A stretch of 45,119 nt of DNA from Candidatus Uhrbacteria bacterium CG_4_9_14_3_um_filter_50_9 (GTDB lineage: Bacteria; Patescibacteriota; Patescibacteriia; UBA9934; GWF2-40-263): positions 231 to 45,349 of the forward strand of contig PFWU01000049.1 of NCBI GenBank assembly GCA_002791295.1. Direction: 5' to 3'. The first letter of the stretch is position 1; every line of letters starts with the position of its first letter. A program made the position numbers and the translations under genes. A model generated the notes under the pieces. That model searched no databases. It was given only the letters and a program-made list of their open reading frames with translations, and was not told where the DNA came from. Below are positions 38,254 to 45,119 of this stretch, piece after piece.

Positions 38254-38310
38254 GTATCAGCGAATAGATGGATGAAAACGTTCTATACTAGGGGCTAATA
38301 GAGGTATCCA

Positions 38311-38339
38311 TTGACAAATTTTACAGTCCTGATTACGTT
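38311..38339 (+). promoter_or_regulatory. sigma70 promoter of the lipoprotein gene
   Basis: TTGACA-17 nt-TACGTT. Confidence 0.7.
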
Positions 38340-38380
38340 TTTGGTAGACAGGATCTCATTTTAGTCAGACATTTTAACCG

Positions 38381-38962
38381 ATGAGTACTATGAAGTTTTT
38401 TCTAGGGATCATGTTCGTTGTTCTCCTGGCTGGGGCAGGATGTGCGTCAACGTCGGTTCAGGAAACGGAAACCTCTCCTGTTTCCGAAGCGTCTGAACGT
38501 GAGGAGGATTCGCAAGGTGAGTTTTCATCCTACTCAATGAGTAAAGGCATACTCCTTTTAGCTGCTCCGTCCGGTTGGAGTGTTTCTCAATCTGATGGCG
38601 GGAGCGTGAGTGTGGTGCTTGCGCAAGCGAGTGACGAAGCGTGGATCAATATCCAGATTGAACGTGCGGATACCTTTAGTGGTGAAGTACGTGAGTATCA
38701 GGTGTGGCTTTCAGAGCAAGGCCTTCCTGAGCCAAGCGGTGAACGGGAAGTCGGGGGCGTCATGTTCGACTGGTTTGATGAGGTTGATAACAGAACGATC
38801 TTCACAACCGTCTATGTGGCCGAGATTGAGCATGAAGGTCTTGGTTACTTTGTGACGATCAGCACGCCAGAGGAAGAATTACTAGAAACACGGCAGGTGC
38901 GGGACTCGATCATCTTCTCTCCAAGCGCTGAGCAACTAAGTGGTTCACAAGTGATTGAATAG
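38381..38962 (+). CDS. Lipoprotein, possibly PsbP/Mog1p-like fold
   Basis: Lipobox LAGAGC; PSGWSV strand-turn and C-terminal VRDSIIF pattern typical of PsbP-like proteins. The start may be 38390. Confidence 0.8.
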   Translation: MSTMKFFLGIMFVVLLAGAGCASTSVQETETSPVSEASEREEDSQGEFSSYSMSKGILLLAAPSGWSVSQSDGGSVSVVLAQASDEAWINIQIERADTFSGEVREYQVWLSEQGLPEPSGEREVGGVMFDWFDEVDNRTIFTTVYVAEIEHEGLGYFVTISTPEEELLETRQVRDSIIFSPSAEQLSGSQVIE

Positions 38963-38966
38963 GATA

Positions 38967-38994
38967 AAAAAGACGCGACTAAGCGCGTCTTTTT
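38967..38994 (+). terminator. Terminator of the lipoprotein gene
   Basis: AAAAAGACGCG-actaag-CGCGTCTTTTT. Confidence 0.85.
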
Positions 38995-39001
38995 GGTTTA
39001 C

Positions 39002-39130
39002 GGGACTGTTCCCCAATGCGATGAGATTGGCTTGAACGGGCTGTCGATCGCTGAAAACGTCCTCAAACGGACGTTGAAGCGATGACTGGGTGCCTGTGAA
39101 AGCCAAGATCGCGCATTCGGGAATAGTTCC
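39002..39130 (+). repeat. Rod-shaped palindromic element, copy B (REP/MITE-like or structured RNA)
   Basis: Nested stems GGGACTGTTCCC/GGGAATAGTTCC, AATGCG/CGCATT, TTGGCTT/AAGCCAA, ATCGCT/AGCGAT, AACGTCC/GGACGTT; homologous to the minus strand of 9219-9345. Confidence 0.8.
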
Positions 39131-39157
39131 TTTACGGACGAAAGTAACGTGCTACTA

Positions 39158-39206
39158 TTGACTTGAGCACGTAAAAATGCTAAAAAAGTGCGTCGTTCTT
39201 TGGCAA
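39158..39206 (+). promoter_or_regulatory. Promoter and boxA-like motif for the GC-rich kinase unit
   Basis: TTGACT-17-TAAAAA with TG extension, then CGTTCTTTGGCAA (39194-39206) and a long hairpin (TGTGGAGTC...GACTCCACA). Confidence 0.65.
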
Positions 39207-39291
39207 TATGTGTGTGGAGTCCAATGGGCTCCTTGTGTTTTCAAGGGGGTCTTTTTGACTCCACAACAACACTTCTAGAGAGAGGGATGAC

Positions 39292-40272
39292 ATGAAGCAT
39301 ACCACCACCGTCGTCTGTGCCCTGGTGCTCTTCGGAGCCGAGGCAAAGGCCAAGGGGCCGGTCGCTGTCGAACAGCCTCCGGCATGCGAACAGGCCACCA
39401 CGGTTTCTGTGTTGGCCAGACTGTCGATGGCGGGGGATTCCGCCTTCGCCTCCTTCGACACCGAGATGCTGAAGCAGACCGCACGCGATGCCGAAGCGGC
39501 TCTCGTGTGTCTGAACGAGCCGGTGACGCAGCCCGTTGCCGCATCCTACCACCGACTCATGGCACTTGCGGCCTTCGTGAACGGCGAGGATGATCTGTCT
39601 CGGCGTGAGCTGCACGCCAGCTACCGCTTGGAAGATACCTATGTCTTCCCGACGCAGATCGCACCTGAAGGTCACCCCCTCCTCGTCTTCTACGAGGAGG
39701 CCAAGCTGCTTCAGGGTGGGAGTCCCGAGGATCTCTATCCGCCCATCGGTGGGTACGTGACCATCGACGGCGAGAAGATGGACATGCGTCCGAGCGAGAC
39801 GCCGGTCATTGTGCAGGCGTTCTCATCCACGGACGAGCTTCTCGAGACGCACTACGTCCTCGCAGGGCAGAGCGTGCCTCGCTGGGGTGAGCTGACTGCT
39901 CGCCTCAAGGTTGAGGACCTCTCCGCGCTGCCCAGCACCACTGTGCAGCGCAAGAAGAAGCCCGCCATGCCCTGGCTTGTCGCCGGAGGTGCAGCGCTGG
40001 CACTCGGTGGTGTTTCCTACGGAATCGCCATGGATCAGCACAGTCGCTTCTTGGACACGTCGAGTCCCGACGGAGATGGAAGCGAGGATACCCTGAACGG
40101 CTACATGAACCGTGCCAACACCTTCGGGGCGTCGGCGATCGGTCTTGGTGTCGTGGGGGTGGGCCTCATGGGCACCGGCGTGGTACTCCAAGTTCGCTTC
40201 GGAGGTCCGCGCGGAAACCCTGATCTCACCGTGGGCCCCGAGGTCTCGGAAGGAGGTGCGGATGGGCCGTGA
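39292..40272 (+). CDS. Exported hypothetical protein with C-terminal hydrophobic helices (myxobacterial-type architecture)
   Basis: Signal peptide, helical domain, short GGYVTIDG beta segment, PWLVAGGAALALGGVSYGIA and a second Gly-rich hydrophobic helix; GC-rich; GAGGG SD. Confidence 0.85.
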   Translation: MKHTTTVVCALVLFGAEAKAKGPVAVEQPPACEQATTVSVLARLSMAGDSAFASFDTEMLKQTARDAEAALVCLNEPVTQPVAASYHRLMALAAFVNGEDDLSRRELHASYRLEDTYVFPTQIAPEGHPLLVFYEEAKLLQGGSPEDLYPPIGGYVTIDGEKMDMRPSETPVIVQAFSSTDELLETHYVLAGQSVPRWGELTARLKVEDLSALPSTTVQRKKKPAMPWLVAGGAALALGGVSYGIAMDQHSRFLDTSSPDGDGSEDTLNGYMNRANTFGASAIGLGVVGVGLMGTGVVLQVRFGGPRGNPDLTVGPEVSEGGADGP

Positions 40273-42187
40273 CATCTTTCAGGAGCGGATCCTCGCCCTG
40301 CTTGCGCAGCATGATGGAGGCCGCTTCCAGGCCAAGACCATCCTTGGTCACGGAGGAAGCGCGCGCGTGGTCCTTGTCGAGGACATGAAGCTCGGGGTCG
40401 AGAGGGCTATCAAGGTCTTCGATCCCCAGCTGATCACCCGCTCACGGATCGCACGCGAGCGATTCGGGGGTGAGGCGAGGATCATGGCCCAGCTCGAGCG
40501 TCGCAACATCGTTCGCGTCTACGACGTGGTCGACTGTGAGTTCGACGGCGACCAGTGGAAGTTCCTCATCATGGAGCTGCTCACCGGAGGTACGGCTCGG
40601 GACCATGTCACTCAGTTCGGGCCGATGGATCCACGCCAAGCGGTTGAGGTGGTGCTCGAAGTGCTCGATGCCCTCCGTGCTGTTCATAGCAAGAAGGTCA
40701 TCCACCGCGATATCAAGCCCGAGAACATCCTGCTCTCGGGCGAGGGTGTGGTGAAGCTGGCAGACTTCGGGATTGCCTTTGCTCCGCGTGATCGGACCAG
40801 GCTGACCGTGCAGGGCTCCACCATGGGCACGGAAGTCTACATGGCTCCGGAGCAGCGTGAGGATGCTTCGAGCGCAACCACGCGTTCGGACATCTACTCA
40901 GTGGGCGTCGTCCTCTGGGTGCTCCTCATCGGAAGGGAGCCCTACGCTCCTCCGGGCTACAACAACTTCTTCCAGAACGTCGAGCGCAACCCTCTGTGGT
41001 TCGACGGCATTCCGGATGAGCTCAAGCAGATCATCATGATCGCGACGAGTGAGGATCCTCAGTTCCGGTTTGACTCCGCACAGGCAATGGAAGACGAGCT
41101 TCGCGCAGTTCTTCCCTTGCTCGCCTCGACACCCTCACAGGCTCCCAAGCTTGGGAGTGCACCTGAGGCCAAGCGTGCGAAGGAAGCTCGTGAACAGATG
41201 ACCGCCAGGAACCTGGCGGATCTGGCCGACGACGGGGACGACTCCGAGATCGGAAACAGCGAGCTCGGAGTCGTCGAGTACGTGAGGCATTCGCCAGTGG
41301 CTGTCTCCGTCTCCGGTGGTCTGGAGGTCTCTTCCTCAAGTCCGGGGTCAACCAAGGTGCCGCTCAGCACCGGCGGGAGACTCGTCTCCGAGGAAGTTGA
41401 CGATGGTTTCGAAGAACCACCCCTCCTGAACGCTCTCCCATCAGGCACCCTCTCGGATGCCCGTCCGCTCAGCGAAACCCGCATGGGCAAGATGATGGAC
41501 GCCGAGCAGAGGACGTCGAAGCGCAACTTCGCCATCCTCGTCGGGGTCGTCGGGATTCTCGCCGTCGGATTGGTCAGCCTCCTCATCGTCGGTAAGACCT
41601 ACTTGTTCGATGGTGAGTCCGGTCAGGTCGAGGAGCCTGTACAGATCGTTTCCACGGTCGAGGTGGAGCCTGTGAAGGAGCCGGCAAAGGAGGATCTGAC
41701 CACGCCGGAACTTCCTGTGTTGGATCCGCCCGAGGAAGTCCAAGAGGCCGAGCCGGCGCAGAAGGAGTCCAAGACTCCGGTGGTCGCACAAGTGAAGGTG
41801 GAACCCAAGCAGACCGAACCGACGCCTCCTCGTGAAGTGAAGGTGAATACGGATTCTGCGAAGGAGACTCCACCCCCCGAGACCACACCGGTCCAAAAGG
41901 GGATGGTGCGCCTGGTGCCAAAGCAGGTGATGGAGGTCGACGATCCGGAGGCTCCCGAAGGGAAGCGGAGCGGTGTGGTCACCTACGTCCTCAGTGGCAC
42001 CAAGGGAGAGGGGACGTTCACTCTGTCCTCGACACGCTCCATGGCCCAGGTGCCCCACGGTACCTACCAGGCCACCGTCTCGTTCGAGGGCCGGAGCCAG
42101 AACCAGACCGCCCCCACCATCAAGGTCGACGGGGCACTCACAACGGTTGAGTGCTTCTGGACCATGGCAAACTGCCGTGTCCAGTAA
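40262..42187 (+). CDS. Membrane-anchored Hanks-type Ser/Thr protein kinase
   Basis: LGHGGSARV, RAIK, HRDIKPEN, KLADFG, GTEVYMAPEQ, SDIYSVG; TM helix, Pro/Glu linker, small C-terminal beta domain. Start moved to ATG 40262 (GGAGGT SD; overlaps the upstream stop). Confidence 0.95.
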   Translation: MGRDIFQERILALLAQHDGGRFQAKTILGHGGSARVVLVEDMKLGVERAIKVFDPQLITRSRIARERFGGEARIMAQLERRNIVRVYDVVDCEFDGDQWKFLIMELLTGGTARDHVTQFGPMDPRQAVEVVLEVLDALRAVHSKKVIHRDIKPENILLSGEGVVKLADFGIAFAPRDRTRLTVQGSTMGTEVYMAPEQREDASSATTRSDIYSVGVVLWVLLIGREPYAPPGYNNFFQNVERNPLWFDGIPDELKQIIMIATSEDPQFRFDSAQAMEDELRAVLPLLASTPSQAPKLGSAPEAKRAKEAREQMTARNLADLADDGDDSEIGNSELGVVEYVRHSPVAVSVSGGLEVSSSSPGSTKVPLSTGGRLVSEEVDDGFEEPPLLNALPSGTLSDARPLSETRMGKMMDAEQRTSKRNFAILVGVVGILAVGLVSLLIVGKTYLFDGESGQVEEPVQIVSTVEVEPVKEPAKEDLTTPELPVLDPPEEVQEAEPAQKESKTPVVAQVKVEPKQTEPTPPREVKVNTDSAKETPPPETTPVQKGMVRLVPKQVMEVDDPEAPEGKRSGVVTYVLSGTKGEGTFTLSSTRSMAQVPHGTYQATVSFEGRSQNQTAPTIKVDGALTTVECFWTMANCRVQ

Positions 42188-42194
42188 CGAACGC

Positions 42195-42258
42195 AAGAGA
42201 TGAGCACCGCCTCATCTCTTTTCAATTACAAAACCCCCGCAGCGAGCGGGGGTTTTTT
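42195..42258. terminator. Tandem back-to-back terminators between convergent genes
   Basis: AAGAGATGAG-caccgc-CTCATCTCTT-TTCAATTAC-AAAACCCCCGC-agcga-GCGGGGGTTTTTT. Confidence 0.85.
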
Positions 42259-42259
42259 A

Positions 42260-43371
42260 CTAGCGTTCAAGGCTGTTGAGGTATTCCTGGAATTCTTCAT
42301 CACTCATTCCTTCGATTTCTTCAAGCCAGGCTTCTATCTCCGCCAGTTCTTCTTCAGAGAGTTCATTGTCGGAAGTCTCTGAGGGGTTGTACAGATCATC
42401 GGTGTCCCATGTATCAAAATTAAATGAATCGCTTCCATCATTTCCAATTGAATCTTTCGTTTCTAGGACCGATCCCCAGAGGGCGCTTGAGAGACCTACG
42501 GATCCGAGCAAGATGACGTAGTAGAGTACAAACGCTCCGACGAGTGACCATTTGTATTTTGCGGCAATCATGGAACGAGCCGACTGTTGGTTGAGTCGCA
42601 CGATGCGTTCAAACAGGTGATAGTAGTACACCCACATAAGTGGTGTGGCTGCGAGGATCAAAACGAGGTAACTGATTGGAAGTAAAAAGATCACCAAAAT
42701 AGACGGGACAATAATCGCAAGGATGACAAAGACCACCGGAATGAGCATGTAGAAATAATACCAGCCGTAGCCACGCATCAGTTCGTAGCTCCGCTCAAGA
42801 GCCGCCATTCCACGCTTCCCTTCTTTGAGATACACAAAGAGTGATTGTGACCACCAAATGGCCATCAAGACTCCTGGGATGATAAAGAAGACGAATCCAA
42901 TCATGATGAGCAGGGACTGGATGAACATGATCCAGATGAATCCTCGTGCCTTTGGCAGTTGTGCTTTCAGGTGAACAAATGAGCTTTTGAATCCAAGATG
43001 TGATCCTTTATTCATCGCAAGAGCAATTGGGGCCATGGTGGCAATCGCTGTGTAGATAAATGTGAGAACGGCTGCGGTGGGGTCGCTAACACTGTAAGGA
43101 CCATGCTGAGTTCTTGAGCAGCTCCGCCCCCCAGCTCGAAGACGATGAGCATCAGCACGCCAAAAACGATCGCTGGGCCTGCAAAGAGCAAAATACCAAG
43201 GAGAGCCGTTGCGACCATGAGCCAGATAAATGATCCCCAGCGTGATTTATAATCGGTCCACGCTTCTTTAAGAAGCAGTTTGCTTTGGAGCTCCGATTCT
43301 GGAAGGAGACGTTTCGGTCCTGGCCCTGAGGTCATGTTGGACGCTACAGCCCCCGATGATTGTTGATCCAT
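42260..43371 (-). pseudogene. Multi-pass membrane protein (GPDPase membrane-domain/DUF975-like) split by a single-base frameshift at 43079-43082
   Basis: The frame from ATG 43371 (MDQQ...LLKEAWTDYKSRW...VLTVLAT) loses its hydrophobic pattern at a C4 run; the other frame continues TAAVLTFIYTAIATMAPIALA...FIIPG...ALERSYELMRGY. May be a sequencing error. Confidence 0.7.
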
Positions 43372-43452
43372 AAGAACAATGAAATTACTAATTTGATTAA
43401 TTTTACCACTATTCTTCCTTTTTTTATCCACTTGAGGCATCATGGGATGCGT

Positions 43453-44715
43453 ATGTTGGATATCAAACAATTCTTGGATGCCCCAGATATGGTGGCACAA
43501 AATGCGAAGCGCCGAGGGTTCGAGCTTGATCCATCGGTTGCTGTTTCGTTGCACCAGGAACGTCTTAAACTTGTTGATGCTGTACAGGCATTGCGTACGC
43601 GAGCAAACGAAATTGCTTCATCCATTCCTTCTGCTTCAGGTGAAGAGCGACAGGGGCTTATTGATGAGGGGAAGCAGGTTAAGGAGCAGGTCAAGGAACA
43701 GGAAACAACGTTGAAGGATGTTGAAAGCCGTTTGGAAGCAGAGCTTCTGAAGTACCCAAATATGCTGCGTGAGGATGTGCCGGTTGGAGCAGATGCGACG
43801 GGGAACGAAATTGTTGAAGTGGTCGGAGAGCCGACAACGTTTACCTTTGAACCAAAGGATCACATGCAGCTTGCGGAAACACTCGATTTAATTGATATGG
43901 AGCGGGCTGCGAAAATTTCAGGCGCACGGTTTGCGTTTCTCAAGGGTGATTTGGTGCTCATGCAGTTTGCCCTTTTACAGTACGCATTCACAGAACTCGT
44001 CAAAGAAGGGTTCACTCCGATTCTTCCTCCACACATCATTTCAACCGAGGCGATGGGTGCCATGGGGTATCTGCAGCACGGTGGAGAGGAAGAGGTCTAT
44101 CATCTGCGTAATGATGATGCCGTATTAATTGGGACCGCTGAGCAGTCTATTGGCCCGATGCATATGGATGAGATATTGGATGCATCTTCGTTTCCCATCC
44201 GCTATGTCGGATACTCACCTTGCTATCGACGGGAGGCCGGGAGTTATGGAAAGGATACGAAAGGTATTTTCCGTGTGCATCAGTTTAGTAAGATTGAGAT
44301 GTTCAGCTTTACGTCCGAGGAGGCGTCTGATGAAGAGCATGCGTTTCTCCTCAAGATGCAGCGTCGTCTGTGGGATGGGTTGAAGCTTCCGTATCGTGTG
44401 ATGAAACTTTGTTCCGGGGACACGGGGGCACCGAGTGCTCGCACGTATGACATTGAAACATGGTTTCCGTCCTACGGTGATTATCGTGAGACGCACTCAA
44501 CGAGTAACACAACGGACTATCAGACCCGTCGATTAAAAACACGCTACAAAACTTCAGAGGGCAAAACAGAGTTTGCTCACGCTTTGAACGGTACAGCGTT
44601 CTCGATGAATCGTCCGCTCATCGCCATCATGGAAAACTTCCAACAAGAAGATGGATCGATTATCGTGCCTGAGGTTTTGCGCACGTGGATGGGAAAAGAT
44701 GTGATCAAGAAATAG
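43453..44715 (+). CDS. serS: Serine--tRNA ligase
   Basis: Start moved to ATG 43453 (MLDIK); coiled-coil arm, LIGTAE, CYRREAGSYGKDTKGIFRVHQFSKIE, SNTTDYQTRRL, HALNGTA. Confidence 0.98.
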   Translation: MLDIKQFLDAPDMVAQNAKRRGFELDPSVAVSLHQERLKLVDAVQALRTRANEIASSIPSASGEERQGLIDEGKQVKEQVKEQETTLKDVESRLEAELLKYPNMLREDVPVGADATGNEIVEVVGEPTTFTFEPKDHMQLAETLDLIDMERAAKISGARFAFLKGDLVLMQFALLQYAFTELVKEGFTPILPPHIISTEAMGAMGYLQHGGEEEVYHLRNDDAVLIGTAEQSIGPMHMDEILDASSFPIRYVGYSPCYRREAGSYGKDTKGIFRVHQFSKIEMFSFTSEEASDEEHAFLLKMQRRLWDGLKLPYRVMKLCSGDTGAPSARTYDIETWFPSYGDYRETHSTSNTTDYQTRRLKTRYKTSEGKTEFAHALNGTAFSMNRPLIAIMENFQQEDGSIIVPEVLRTWMGKDVIKK

Positions 44716-44838
44716 CTTATCCACACTGTTCAGTCCGTACGGGCATGAACAAAGATGCTTCACTGAGTTTAGGAAAAAAAGTTGTCTAACGTACACGACG
44801 TGTATAAAAGTTGTTAACAGGATTTGTACTAAAATAAG

Positions 44839-44872
44839 CAAAAAACCGTTTGACACATCAAACGGTTTTTTG
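44839..44872. terminator. Bidirectional terminator downstream of serS
   Basis: CAAAAAACCGTTTGA-caca-TCAAACGGTTTTTTG. Confidence 0.75.
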
Positions 44873-44885
44873 TTTGCTAAATCTA

Positions 44886-45076
44886 GATCGCACCCACGGG
44901 TGGTGACGACCCATGATCATCACCCACTGCAAGGCTCTACCTGGATCTCCCGTGTGCTTAGGGGAGTTCTGGCGAGAGAGGAGGAATCTCTAACAGCGAC
45001 GACTCGGGGGTGCTGAGCAATGCGATCGTTCTGCCGACGGGGGGCGGCAAGCAATCGAAGTGGAAACACTTCTTTC
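44886..45076 (+). ncRNA. Candidate structured non-coding RNA (unassigned)
   Basis: GC-rich, non-coding, multi-hairpin segment closed by GATCGCA/TGCGATC and ending in GAAGTG-GAAA-CACTTC-TTTC. Confidence 0.35.
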
Positions 45077-45119
45077 AAACTGAGATATGACTATTTCTTA
45101 AAGCAGGTGAGATTGTGAG

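Noticed and set aside
41059-42196. Long minus-strand ORFs (175, 251, 119 aa)
   Set aside because: Shadows of the GC-rich kinase gene; no SD or promoter and unnatural composition.

Overview
A 45 kb chromosomal window, almost entirely + strand and densely packed, most consistent with a Patescibacteria (CPR; Parcubacteria/ABY1, Uhrbacteria-like) genome using genetic code 11. The taxonomy is inferred from gene content, LxGAGC lipoproteins and SD-less starts. The backbone encodes valS, argS, a bactofilin, a DAGK-like protein, tRNA-Leu(GAG), tRNA-Val(TAC), a DUF4153 protein, YraN, nusA, yidC, an O-antigen-ligase-like protein, a Ser/Thr kinase, CIRCE-groES-groEL, prfB (+1 programmed frameshift), an epimerase, tsaC, rsmA, a ~3380-aa Cys/Asp-rich surface protein, a PaaX/Cas2-like protein and serS. 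At least six self-contained, mostly GC-rich 1-2-gene units are interspersed; several encode myxobacterial-type proteins (MopE/FG-GAP repeat lipoprotein, membrane Ser/Thr kinase). These units share a design that backbone genes lack: a near-consensus sigma70 promoter, a strong Shine-Dalgarno, a boxA-like GTTCTTT at the transcript start of the three long units, and, in four units, terminators ending in TTTTCAA(A)TT. Other unexplained structure: two diverged, co-varying copies of a ~128-bp rod-shaped element; three copies of a palindrome bracketing the PaaX/Cas2-like gene; a 44-bp direct repeat bounding a 1-kb insert at tRNA-Val; and a structured non-coding segment after serS. No CRISPR array, integrase or transposase was seen. 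All calls come from reading the sequence by eye; no database search was run.
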